DNA of 32,000 bases, from NCBI GenBank assembly GCA_039809905.1, contig JBDHVY010000001.1:1050001-1082000 (forward strand), read 5' to 3'. How positions within the stretch are numbered: position 1 is the stretch's first letter; each line of letters starts with the position of its first letter. This document shows positions 22,815-31,877 of this stretch, piece after piece. A program made the position numbers and the translations under genes. Origin of the DNA: Candidatus Babelota bacterium. GTDB taxonomy: Bacteria; Babelota; Babeliae; Babelales; Vermiphilaceae. Below the pieces are notes generated by a model that ran no database searches, was not told the origin of the DNA, and saw nothing but the letters and a program-made list of their open reading frames with translations.

Positions 22815-24776
22815 ATGAAAATTATACGAGGTGCTTGCTTATTGTTGTTTAATTCTCTTTTTTTGATTGCTATGGATGCTCCAAAGCAACAATTAACAAC
22901 TCCTCTTTCTGCAGATGCATTGGTGAAAGTTGTCGTTGAAGGTAAGGAATCAGAACCGCTAGAACTGCAATGGCAGCAGGTAAAGTTGAGTGGATTAGGA
23001 AAAATGGTAGAGGATTTAGAATATAATACAAGTTTGCCTTTTCCTTTGCCTGCTGGTGTACCTCTTAATACTGCACAAATGATTTTTACTATGTTAAAGC
23101 CATATGCTGAAAGTTCATTGACAAATGAGGAGGACAGATTAAAAGAAAATCTTGATCCGCAATTAAAAAAATTATCTTTGAGTCAACTTGTTGAGATAGC
23201 TAATGGAGCAAATCTATTATCTGTTAATAAACCAATCTTGGAGCGTATTGGAGCTCGATGTACTAAGTTGATTACTACAGCACCTCATTTAAAAATTTCT
23301 GATTATGATGCAATAGATTCTATAAATACAGATTTTTTTAAAGTGGAGCTACCTATTAAACCAGAACCTATTATGGCCGATATTAAAGAACTATTCCTTA
23401 AAAAACAATTGAATTATGGAAAAAGAACAGAGTTTGATATTGGATTTGATCCTGTAATGGGACATTTTTATGAAGATAGTTCCATTGCTTTCGCAGGAAT
23501 GGTTGATAGAAAGACTTTTCAGCTAAGTATTTATAATGATAAAGGAAAAATGAGTTCACAAGAGTATTCTACTGAAGAAGCTGCTCTATGTGCGGCATTA
23601 ACAAAAGATGTTATGGCAATCCAACTGTATGATAATCAAGTCATTATAAAACAACGTTCAGGTGAAAAAAAAGCATGTCGCCTGAAATTTATTGATACTC
23701 GGTTGCGCAGATTAATCTTCAGTCCTAGCGGTAAATATTTAATATCTTTTGACCTTAATGATAAAGTGTATCTATGCGATATAGATTCTATTGATTGGTC
23801 AAAAGATTCAAACCTAAAAGCCACTAAAATAGGTGTAATCGATATGAAGTCAAAATTAGATCATATCGATGCAATTTTTTTTACTTCCGATACGGATATT
23901 TTAATAGCTGGCACACAAAAAATGGATTCTAAATTGTTGCGATGCATCACATCTATAGGAGAACCCTTAAGATTGGTTATGAGAGAGGCAGTCGTTATAC
24001 ATACGGCTTTGCATGAAGCTAGAGAGATTGTTTTTAGTGATGATGGAAAATATCTTTTAGATTGTTATTGGAATCCATATGGATTGAATCCTTCGTATGT
24101 GATGGTTGTGTATGATATTGAGAACAACAAAGCAGGAAAGGAATTTACAATTGAAGGGTTTGAAAAGCATTATATTATTTCAATGTGTTTCAATAGAGAT
24201 AATAGTTTAATAGCCTGTGGTGGTGATATCAAAGATGGTATAATTAAGATATATGATGTAGCAACAGGAGCTTTAGTGCATTCTTTTTCAGGATTAGCTC
24301 TAAATAAGATGATGCAATTTAGTTCTAAAGATAGAAAGATGATGAGTGTTAATGGTAAAAAATTTGCTGTATGGGATGTTTTCACTAAAGATTATTTTTC
24401 AGCAATCAAGAATATTGAAGGATATGATTATGATCGGAACAAAAGAAAATTAACTTTTTTATATCGCTTTTTATCGTTCTTAAAAAATAAAAAGAAGATG
24501 GATCTTGAAGAAGGCGATTTACAGCAATTCAATTTACTGCATGATAATGTAAAATCATTATTAAATTACATTAAGGAACCATCCCAGGAGACAAAACCAT
24601 CGTATTCCTATCAATCGGCATGGCAAGAAAGATGGCAACAGTTTCAGAGCAAATATCTTAATACTCCCGGCAGAAAAGCAATGATTTTCTATGGGGCTTT
24701 GGTTACTAGTGCTTCTGCCATAGGTTATGCACTATATAAATACCTGACATCTACGTCTGCGACTGCAAAAGATTAG
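22815..24776 (+). CDS. Skp1/POZ-like + WD40 beta-propeller protein with N-terminal leader and C-terminal TM anchor
   Basis: Leader MKIIRGACLLLFNSLFLIAM. The Skp1-like block (22923-23273) is KMVEDLE..LPFPLPAGVPLNTAQMIF...LVEIANGANLLSVNKPILERIGARCTKLI. WD40-like units include FSPSGKYLISFDLNDKVYLCDI, FSDDGKYLLD and ACGGDIKDGIIKIYDVATGALVHSFSG. C-terminal TM is AMIFYGALVTSASAIGYALY. Alternative starts are 22800 and TTG 22737. Confidence 0.7.
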   Translation: MKIIRGACLLLFNSLFLIAMDAPKQQLTTPLSADALVKVVVEGKESEPLELQWQQVKLSGLGKMVEDLEYNTSLPFPLPAGVPLNTAQMIFTMLKPYAESSLTNEEDRLKENLDPQLKKLSLSQLVEIANGANLLSVNKPILERIGARCTKLITTAPHLKISDYDAIDSINTDFFKVELPIKPEPIMADIKELFLKKQLNYGKRTEFDIGFDPVMGHFYEDSSIAFAGMVDRKTFQLSIYNDKGKMSSQEYSTEEAALCAALTKDVMAIQLYDNQVIIKQRSGEKKACRLKFIDTRLRRLIFSPSGKYLISFDLNDKVYLCDIDSIDWSKDSNLKATKIGVIDMKSKLDHIDAIFFTSDTDILIAGTQKMDSKLLRCITSIGEPLRLVMREAVVIHTALHEAREIVFSDDGKYLLDCYWNPYGLNPSYVMVVYDIENNKAGKEFTIEGFEKHYIISMCFNRDNSLIACGGDIKDGIIKIYDVATGALVHSFSGLALNKMMQFSSKDRKMMSVNGKKFAVWDVFTKDYFSAIKNIEGYDYDRNKRKLTFLYRFLSFLKNKKKMDLEEGDLQQFNLLHDNVKSLLNYIKEPSQETKPSYSYQSAWQERWQQFQSKYLNTPGRKAMIFYGALVTSASAIGYALYKYLTSTSATAKD

Positions 24777-24800
24777 ATATCATAGTTCTAAAATGAATGT

Positions 24801-24846
24801 AAAAAGATCCCCTGTTTGTAAATTACAAAGGGGGATCTAAATTTTT
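24801..24846. terminator. hairpin H2 / bidirectional terminator between the WD40 gene and rpsT
   Basis: AGATCCCC (24805-24812) pairs with GGGGATCT (24831-24838). Inner arms are TTTGTAA and TTACAAA. An A run lies on the left and a T run on the right. Confidence 0.75.
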
Positions 24847-24872
24847 AAGCAAATAAGCAAGAACCGATAATT

Positions 24873-25145
24873 TTAGGCGGTTCTTGTAGCAGCTGCAACT
24901 TTTTTAGCTAATAAGCTAATTTTGCGAGCGGCGGTATTTGGATGTAATACACCTTTACCTTTTGCGCGAGCAATTTTGCTTTCTGCTTCAATAAGTAAAG
25001 CTTTTGAAGATTCAAGATCATTCATTTCAATAGCCGCAACAACTTTTTTGATTGCAGTTTTGAGAGAAGATTTTCTTGCTTGGTTGCGAAGCTGGCGTTT
25101 TGTTGTTTGTAAAACGCGTTTTTTTGCAGATTTAATATTTGGCAT
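24873..25145 (-). CDS. rpsT: 30S ribosomal protein S20
   Basis: MPNIKSAKKRVLQTTKRQLRNQARKSSLKTAIKKV matches the S20 N-terminal signature. 90 aa. Confidence 0.93.
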   Translation of the reverse strand: MPNIKSAKKRVLQTTKRQLRNQARKSSLKTAIKKVVAAIEMNDLESSKALLIEAESKIARAKGKGVLHPNTAARKISLLAKKVAAATRTA

Positions 25146-25169
25146 AATCGATTAATCCTGATCTTAAAA

Positions 25170-25373
25170 TTAAATAATTTTTTTAATTTTGCCTGCTTTT
25201 ACACATTTTGTGCAGACTTTTCCGCGATGAACATGATTTTGAGCATCACCGGTAATGGTGTAGCGTGCAGTATGTACGTTTGGGTACACCCAACGTTTTA
25301 CTCTATTGTTTGCGTTACTTACTAAATTTGCTACCTGTGGGCCCTTTGAGCACACTGAACAGATTCTTGACAT
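25170..25373 (-). CDS. rpmB: 50S ribosomal protein L28
   Basis: MSRICSVCSKGPQVANLVSNANNRVKRWVYPNVHTARY follows the L28 pattern (MSRxCxxxGKxPxxGNxxSHAxxxTKRxxxPNL). 67 aa. Confidence 0.85.
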   Translation of the reverse strand: MSRICSVCSKGPQVANLVSNANNRVKRWVYPNVHTARYTITGDAQNHVHRGKVCTKCVKAGKIKKII

Positions 25374-25444
25374 GATGGGACCTTCTTTTAAAGCCTATTT
25401 ATATACTTTTAACATAACAAAAAGATAAATTTTTACAAGACCGT

Positions 25445-27274
25445 TTATACAAATTTATGAGCTTGGCGGGGGGTAATGTCCAATAATTCATAAATTTCTT
25501 CCGCGTGCATCGTTTCTTTTTCAATTAAGGCATTAGCCAACTTTTCCAGTTTATCGCGGTTAGATTCTAGCAATTGGCGCGTTTGCTCATGATATTGCGA
25601 GGTCAAACGTTGTACTTCGCTATCAATTTTTTCAGCAGTTTTTTGGGAATATTCAAAATCTCCGTGTTGTTGGCTATAAATAATAGTTCCTAATTCTGGA
25701 GACATGCCATATTTAGTAACCATATTGCGAACAATACGGTTTGCTGCTTGAAAATCGCTATACGCCCCTGTAGTGAGCGCTCCAAAGATGATTTCTTCTG
25801 CCACTCGTCCGCCAAGAGCTGACATAACCGAAGCTTCCATTTCTTCTTTGCTGGTAATATATTTTTCACGTTCTGGCAAAAAGTGTGTAACGCCTAATGC
25901 TGATCCGCGAGGGATAATAGTTACCTTGTGTAATGGATCGGATGTTTCTGGCAATAAAAGGCGAACAAGAGCATGTCCTGCTTCATGATATGCTATCAGT
26001 TTTTTATCTTCAGGAGTTAACATGATAGTTTTTGTTTCTTTTCCGAGCATAAGTTTATCACGAGCTTGATCAAAATCATGCATGGTAACGTTGTCTTTGC
26101 CTTCTTTAGAAGCTTCAATAGTGGCTTCATTAACCAAGTTAGCAAGATCCGCACCAGAAAATCCTGGGGTTCCTTGAGCAATTTTTTTGATGTCTAATCC
26201 ATCTTCTGCAACTACATTTTTAACATGTACCTCTAAAATAGCTTCACGACTTTTCAGATCTGGATAAGGAACGGTAACTCGGCGATCAAATCGTCCAGGT
26301 CGTAATAATGCTTTATCTAAAACATCAACACGGTTTGTAGCTGCTATGACAATGATTGGAGATGGGGAAACTTCAAAACCATCCATTTCCGCAAGTAATT
26401 GATTAAGCGTTTGTTCTCGCTCATCATTGCCGCCACCCATGCCGCTACCGCGATGACGGCCTACAGCATCGATTTCATCGATAAAAATAATGCTAGGAGC
26501 ATGTTTGCGCGCTTGTGCAAAAAGATCTCGTACTCGTGCAGCACCAACACCCACAAAAACTTCAATGAAATTTGATCCGCTTATGCTGAAAAATGGACAA
26601 TTGGCTTCTCCTGCTACAGCTCGAGCAAGTAATGTTTTACCGTTGCCAGGTTCGCCAATAAGAAGCACCCCGCGGGTTATTTTAGCACCAAGGCGTTCAT
26701 ATTTTTTTGGATTTTTAAGAAAATCTATGACATCAGCTAATTCTTCTTTTGCTTCATTAGCTCCTGCTACAGAATTAAAGTTTTCTTTAATGCTTGATGG
26801 CAAAAACATACGAGCGCCACTTTTTCCCATAGTGAAAATATTGCCACCACCATTGCCAGCATTGTTGCGAGAGCGAACAAAATACCAGATAGCCCATATT
26901 GCAACAAAAAGACATGAGAAAAGGAAGAGATACCATATGCCAAGTTGATTACTTGGAGAAAGTACTGAAAATTCTACTCCATGCATGCGTAAGCGTTCCC
27001 AATCATTGGCATTGTTGCCAATAACTGTTTCAAAACGATTACCATCGGTGAAAACGCCCTCAACATCTTGTCCTGAGACATAGACTTTTTTCACAAGATT
27101 TTGATCAACTTTTTCTAAAAAGGTTGAGTAAGAAATAATTTGAACATTTCTGCCGAGCTCGGTCAATTTATTCAATACCAGTAAGATTCCTGCAATCATA
27201 ATGAGTGCAACTAATCCATTTTTTATGGTTTTTGGGTTTGGCATCCAAGAATTGTTATTTTTAGGTTTTTTCAT
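25445..27274 (-). CDS. ftsH: ATP-dependent zinc metalloprotease FtsH
   Basis: Two N-terminal TM segments. Walker A is [18 protein letters not shown] and Walker B is [10 protein letters not shown]. The SRH region is present, and the zinc site is HEAGHA. Confidence 0.97.
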   Translation of the reverse strand: MKKPKNNNSWMPNPKTIKNGLVALIMIAGILLVLNKLTELGRNVQIISYSTFLEKVDQNLVKKVYVSGQDVEGVFTDGNRFETVIGNNANDWERLRMHGVEFSVLSPSNQLGIWYLFLFSCLFVAIWAIWYFVRSRNNAGNGGGNIFTMGKSGARMFLPSSIKENFNSVAGANEAKEELADVIDFLKNPKKYERLGAKITRGVLLIGEPGNGKTLLARAVAGEANCPFFSISGSNFIEVFVGVGAARVRDLFAQARKHAPSIIFIDEIDAVGRHRGSGMGGGNDEREQTLNQLLAEMDGFEVSPSPIIVIAATNRVDVLDKALLRPGRFDRRVTVPYPDLKSREAILEVHVKNVVAEDGLDIKKIAQGTPGFSGADLANLVNEATIEASKEGKDNVTMHDFDQARDKLMLGKETKTIMLTPEDKKLIAYHEAGHALVRLLLPETSDPLHKVTIIPRGSALGVTHFLPEREKYITSKEEMEASVMSALGGRVAEEIIFGALTTGAYSDFQAANRIVRNMVTKYGMSPELGTIIYSQQHGDFEYSQKTAEKIDSEVQRLTSQYHEQTRQLLESNRDKLEKLANALIEKETMHAEEIYELLDITPRQAHKFV

Positions 27275-27391
27275 AATATCATCTATTTTTGAGGTTTATG
27301 ATCAAATTTTAATGCTTTTAGAGTACCATATTGGCTAATTTTGTCGATTTTTTAACCTCAACTTTCATTAAATAAGCCAAAATGGTGTTGC

Positions 27392-28678
27392 TTATGTTGT
27401 AACGGGAAAAATAGTATAGCAAGGAGACCAATCAGGATAGCTACATTGGTCGGTTGCTTTTGTAATAAGGCGTGTCTTTTTTGTTGCAATGTTAGCGATG
27501 GCAAGACAACTATTTTGTTGTGTTTTTTCATGGTTATACATAATAAATGTTCCATCAGGTGACCAACTGACTTCATGCTTATTTCCATCGTCGTAGGTGA
27601 ATTGAGTATGTGTTTTAGTTGCGCAATCATAGAGCATGATTTGCATAGTTCCCTGAATCATCATATGATAGGCAATTTTATTGTTTTGTGCGCAATAGCG
27701 TGGAGATGTACAGTATCCACCCTTGGTAATTCTTTGTAAATGTCCGGTTTCAATATTTCCGATATAAATTTGAGGTCTGCCTGTTTGAAAATCAGAACAA
27801 AAACAAATACGTTCTTGATCTATAACAATTGGTGCTATGTTGTTGCCTATGTTTTTAGTACATCGTTTTATCTTGTCGTCTTTGTTGAGATAGATTTGAC
27901 AGCTACCATTTGCCCGGGATCCACAAAAAACATAGTCCTTACCATTTTCATAAAAAGACATATTCATCGCAATACTTGCATCAAGAGAAGGAACAAGTGA
28001 TTTATGGCTATTTTTTTTTGCAATACTGATAGATTTTAACTGTACTTTTGTATCAGTATATTCTGAGTAAAAAATATCGGGATTTTTTATATGCCAACGA
28101 GGAGCAATTGCAATGCTTGAAAGACTTGCCACTAATTCTTCATGAGTACCATCAAAATCTGATATAAAAATATTACGAACTGTTTTTCCATCAGCAGTTT
28201 TAGCATTTTTGCAATAAACCAATCGTGAGGAAAAAAGATCTCCATTGCCCGTGAGCGCCTTTCGTGTTCTATCGGCAATTGCGTGTCCCCATCCACGAAT
28301 GGCAGTGCCTTTTTTTTTGTATTTTTTGCCTTCAAGCATAGTACATTGTATCGTGTCATATAATCGCCATTCAATTACTGTTGGAGATTTTATATCTATG
28401 CACAAAGCAAGAGGGATGCCTTTATTGGCAAGCGCTTGTATATTTTTTTGCGTAAATGTTGCTGAGGAATAATGTTCAATAGATGGTGCAAATTGATCAG
28501 TGAACGCTAAATCTTTTTTTATAATACGTGCAATAGTATTAAGTTCATCATTGTTGTGGTCGCGCAATATAATGGCAATCGGCATTTGCGTTTGTTGAGC
28601 ACCTGATACGGCAAGTTCAATATTTTGTGAGTGTATGATGGTTGTAAAGAACAAAAGTATAAGAAATATATTTTTCAT
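27392..28678 (-). CDS. tolB: TolB-like periplasmic beta-propeller protein
   Basis: Signal peptide MKNIFLILLFFTTIIHSQ, an N-terminal TolB-type domain, and propeller blades with WSPDG-type motifs (VSWSPDGTFIMY, YPDWSP). It lies immediately downstream of tolQRA. Confidence 0.8.
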   Translation of the reverse strand: MKNIFLILLFFTTIIHSQNIELAVSGAQQTQMPIAIILRDHNNDELNTIARIIKKDLAFTDQFAPSIEHYSSATFTQKNIQALANKGIPLALCIDIKSPTVIEWRLYDTIQCTMLEGKKYKKKGTAIRGWGHAIADRTRKALTGNGDLFSSRLVYCKNAKTADGKTVRNIFISDFDGTHEELVASLSSIAIAPRWHIKNPDIFYSEYTDTKVQLKSISIAKKNSHKSLVPSLDASIAMNMSFYENGKDYVFCGSRANGSCQIYLNKDDKIKRCTKNIGNNIAPIVIDQERICFCSDFQTGRPQIYIGNIETGHLQRITKGGYCTSPRYCAQNNKIAYHMMIQGTMQIMLYDCATKTHTQFTYDDGNKHEVSWSPDGTFIMYNHEKTQQNSCLAIANIATKKTRLITKATDQCSYPDWSPCYTIFPVTT

Positions 28679-28690
28679 AAGCGTATCATT

Positions 28691-29539
28691 TCATTGTTTA
28701 AAAGTAATGATCAGAGGGTTTCCATGTGTCCATTGTGGCATTTTCATTGAAAATAGTGCTTGGCGAGCAGAAATATCAAACATCATTACACCAGAACTTT
28801 TTACCATCTTTAAATTTTCTACTGTTCCTTTTTGAGTAACAAAAAAAGATATATCACAGGTGCAATCTGATGACACGCCTATCGGTGGATGCCATTTTTG
28901 TACTAATTCTTTTTGCAATTGTGCTCCGCGGCGCAATGCTTCAACTTCACGATAATTATTCGAAACAAGAGCTTGCGTATCATTTTTTGTGGTGTTTTCT
29001 TTTGGTTCTATTTTTTTTTCTGCTGTTTTGGCAACTGCCGGTTCAGTAACATTCTTTGCTGCAGGTTTTTCTGGTGTTGATTTTTTTGCTACGGGAACTT
29101 CTGTATTTTTTTGCACAATAGGTTTTTCTGCTGCTGTGGTTTTAACGGGTTCAATCGGAATAACTTTGTTTATGGATTCTGTGCTCTTTTTTGTATTTGT
29201 TTTTGCAGGTTGCGTTGTTATTGTAGTTGCCTTAGCAGGCTCTTTTTTCGGTGGTGTCGCTGTGGTTATAGCAGGTTTCACTGTATTTAACGTGCTATGT
29301 TTATCCTCTTCAGCTTTTTTAGGGGTTCCCTGCGTAGCTTTAGCGGAGCAGGGTAAAAATAGTATAGGAATTGAATAATCCATTTTTTTATTAACGGAAA
29401 AAGCATACATATATTTATTTTCACGATAAATGCAAAAAATCCATAACAGTAGGATTGCATGTAAGCTTGCGCAAAAGCCTATTATTTTAAGCCACAGCAG
29501 ATGTTTTTTGTGAAGGTTTTTGCGTTGCAAGAGCCACAT
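28691..29539 (-). CDS. tolA: TolA/TonB-family protein
   Basis: N-terminal TM LWLKIIGFCASLHAILLLWIFCIY, a long Pro/Lys/Thr/Ala-rich spacer, and a C-terminal TonB_C-like fold (ISFFVTQKGTVENLKMVKSSGVMMFDISARQAL). ATG 29539 overlaps tolR by 53 nt, so the true start may be further downstream. Confidence 0.65.
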   Translation of the reverse strand: MWLLQRKNLHKKHLLWLKIIGFCASLHAILLLWIFCIYRENKYMYAFSVNKKMDYSIPILFLPCSAKATQGTPKKAEEDKHSTLNTVKPAITTATPPKKEPAKATTITTQPAKTNTKKSTESINKVIPIEPVKTTAAEKPIVQKNTEVPVAKKSTPEKPAAKNVTEPAVAKTAEKKIEPKENTTKNDTQALVSNNYREVEALRRGAQLQKELVQKWHPPIGVSSDCTCDISFFVTQKGTVENLKMVKSSGVMMFDISARQALFSMKMPQWTHGNPLIITFKQ

Positions 29540-29951
29540 ATTTTATACCACCAACGTATTTAATATCATCAACCAATTCAATCACCGTTCCATAAGATAT
29601 TATCGTATCTGCTTTTACATATACGGTTTTTTCTTGATCATTACCTATGGTTTTTTTTATTTCGGCAATCAGTTCTTTTTTATCAGCATATTTTATTTTG
29701 TTGAGATAAAATACGCCATCTTTATCAATAAAAACTACTAATTCATCAGATTGTTGAGATGCTGTTTCTTGCGCGTTTCCTTTAGGTAAAGTTACTTTAA
29801 TTGCATTATGGATAGCAGGTGTTGCAATCATGAAAACCATCAATAAAGTTAGTGCAGTATCTATGAGCGATGTCATTGAAAGATCGTTGATAACAGATCT
29901 TTGTTTTTGTGAACGTTTTCGTGTACGGCGCATGAGTATATTACCTTTCAC
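29487..29951 (-). CDS. tolR: TolR/ExbD-family biopolymer transport protein
   Basis: INDLSMTSLIDTALTLLMVFMIATP is the ExbD/TolR TM signature. 154 aa. Alternative start is Met7 (29933), just after the tolQ stop. Confidence 0.85.
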   Translation of the reverse strand: MKGNILMRRTRKRSQKQRSVINDLSMTSLIDTALTLLMVFMIATPAIHNAIKVTLPKGNAQETASQQSDELVVFIDKDGVFYLNKIKYADKKELIAEIKKTIGNDQEKTVYVKADTIISYGTVIELVDDIKYVGGIKYVALATQKPSQKTSAVA

Positions 29952-30621
29952 GAAGGTGTTGAAGAATGAATGCTATTCTATCTGCAAGTATCATGAGATT
30001 ATGTTCGAATGTACGTGCTTTTATCTGTAAATAATTGAACATAATCAGAGCAGGAATAGCAACAATTAGTCCGGCAATAGTTGTAATCAGTGCTTCTGCA
30101 ATACCTGGTGCAATTGTTGCAATGTCGGCAATTTGAGCTTCACTAATGCGCATAAATGAATGAATTAATCCCCAAATAGTTCCAAAAAGTCCCAAAAGTG
30201 GGCCTACTGCAGCACATGATGATAAAATGGATAAGTATTGTTCGTTATGTAGTAATATTGTATCAATGGTGGCGTCATTATATTTTTCAAATAATTCCCA
30301 TTCAAAGGAATCTATTTTTCGCTGTAAATTGCCCTGTGATAATTCTTTTAAAAATGAAAGATTTTTAGAAATAAAATAACCAGCAGTGGTTTTCTGTTCA
30401 GTTGCAGCAATATCAACAAGATCGGCAATGGTTTTTGCCGTTTGAATTTTTTTATTAACTAATTTTAAATGTCTTTCTTTTGCATAAAATAATGCGAGTT
30501 TTCCTATAAAAATAGCCCAACAGGCAATAGACATACATAATAAGATAAGCAAAACGAATTTACTAACGGCATCAGATTGTGCTACAAGTAGCCAGAGAGA
30601 ATTACCTGAAAAAATATTCAT
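29941..30621 (-). CDS. tolQ: TolQ/ExbB-family proton channel (MotA/TolQ/ExbB)
   Basis: Three TM segments. The conserved C-terminal block is AAVGPLLGLFGTIWGLIHSF...IAPGIAEALITTIAGLIVAIPALIMFNYL. Confidence 0.9.
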   Translation of the reverse strand: MNIFSGNSLWLLVAQSDAVSKFVLLILLCMSIACWAIFIGKLALFYAKERHLKLVNKKIQTAKTIADLVDIAATEQKTTAGYFISKNLSFLKELSQGNLQRKIDSFEWELFEKYNDATIDTILLHNEQYLSILSSCAAVGPLLGLFGTIWGLIHSFMRISEAQIADIATIAPGIAEALITTIAGLIVAIPALIMFNYLQIKARTFEHNLMILADRIAFILQHLRER

Positions 30622-30706
30622 ATCACATTCCTTAATTTGTTCTACTGAAGGTCATTCGAGCTTAACAGAAGTTGTTAATTTTGGAAAATGAAATTGTGCG
30701 GATTCT

Positions 30707-31678
30707 TTATGATATAATGCATGGCAACTGTGGCAAATAGAGATCCACTGCATGCTTTCCACCATGTTTTTTTATAATATTACAGTGTATTTCATGAATA
30801 CCTAAATTATCTCTTCTTGCTTGAATGTTTTTGATGATTAAATAATCAAGAAATGTTTGTTTTTTTTTATTCACATGATTGAGATGGTCTTTATAAAACA
30901 TAATGCAATATTCAAATATATGTTCGCTATAAGATCGAACAGAGCAGTTGCCCGAATTTTTGGGAAGCGATGTTTCATAGGTGAGTTTCCATATTTTTTT
31001 ACGGCTATTTATGTTTAATTTATGTAATAAATCAGACATAAATGCATAGTCATTATTTACATCATTGCGTAATGCATCAGCTATTTTCCGATGAGAAAAA
31101 GATATTGTGGAATCCATAACATTAAGATTAAAGTCGTGCATGACAAATGAAAGCAAAAGCCGATGTGTTGTGCTTAATATATGAGTTAGAAGTTCTTGAG
31201 ATTGATAAGTTTTCTGTTCTTCTGGAGATAGCTCAAAGTAGTCAAATGGCGTATTGCTGATAAACGAGCCATTGGAATGCTTGCTACCAAATGGCAATTG
31301 TTTTCTGTTCTTATATAATTCTAAAATTTGTTCTTTAATTTTTGTGTATTTTGTTTTGTTCGTTTCTGTTTTTTCATTTTCTTCACAAAAATGAGCCTTA
31401 AGAAGTAATGAAGATAAATTGAGTTCACTCATAGCATTAAAGCTGTGGCAAACAATATCCCATATCTTGGGAGTTTGAAATGAAATTATGTTATTCAATT
31501 GGCGACATGTTAGACTTAAGCTTTTTATGCTCGTTGGAGTGCAAAATGCTGCAATACGTGGATGTATCTCTTTGGGTAATGTGAGCAATTCAAATTGTTC
31601 ATTTATCATGGCACAAGAAGGAATTATATTGAACAGTAAGACAGCGATTATTGGTAAATGTATAAATAATATTTGCAT
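30707..31678 (-). CDS. F-box-like protein with N-terminal hydrophobic leader
   Basis: ATG 31678 gives the leader MQILFIHLPIIAVLLFNIIPSCAM (the track's TTG 31723 is unlikely). The F-box-like segment (31460-31594) is FELLTLPKEIHPRIAAFCTPTSIKSLSLTCRQLNNIISFQTPKIW. Confidence 0.6.
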   Translation of the reverse strand: MQILFIHLPIIAVLLFNIIPSCAMINEQFELLTLPKEIHPRIAAFCTPTSIKSLSLTCRQLNNIISFQTPKIWDIVCHSFNAMSELNLSSLLLKAHFCEENEKTETNKTKYTKIKEQILELYKNRKQLPFGSKHSNGSFISNTPFDYFELSPEEQKTYQSQELLTHILSTTHRLLLSFVMHDFNLNVMDSTISFSHRKIADALRNDVNNDYAFMSDLLHKLNINSRKKIWKLTYETSLPKNSGNCSVRSYSEHIFEYCIMFYKDHLNHVNKKKQTFLDYLIIKNIQARRDNLGIHEIHCNIIKKHGGKHAVDLYLPQLPCIIS

Positions 31679-31877
31679 TCGCAATTCTCTGATTAATAAT
31701 AAACTATTAGAATCAATATACAATCAAGATCATTTATGTAAATATATATTTTTTTCTATAAAAATTAAATTATTGATTTCTATGCATACAATTAAAAATG
31801 AAATATGAGAATGCTGCTGTTTTTTGTTACAATTTATTTGTTTTTATCATATATGTATCAACAATAAGGAGGAGTGA

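Noticed and set aside
25374-25395. Partial motif GGTCCCATC directly upstream of the rpmB start (minus strand), and ATATATGGGGGC upstream of phoH2 (12299-12310)
   Set aside because: Both lack the full GGGGNCCC palindrome and the downstream TAWAATGGAR. The similarity is too short to count as family members.
26490-26948. 152-aa plus-strand ORF antisense to ftsH, plus smaller antisense ORFs in ftsH, tolB and tolA (e.g. 28989-29378)
   Set aside because: They are embedded in strongly supported minus-strand genes. Their composition is typical of antisense translation (Arg/Ser/Pro-rich, or Phe/Val/Gly-rich opposite the TolA spacer).
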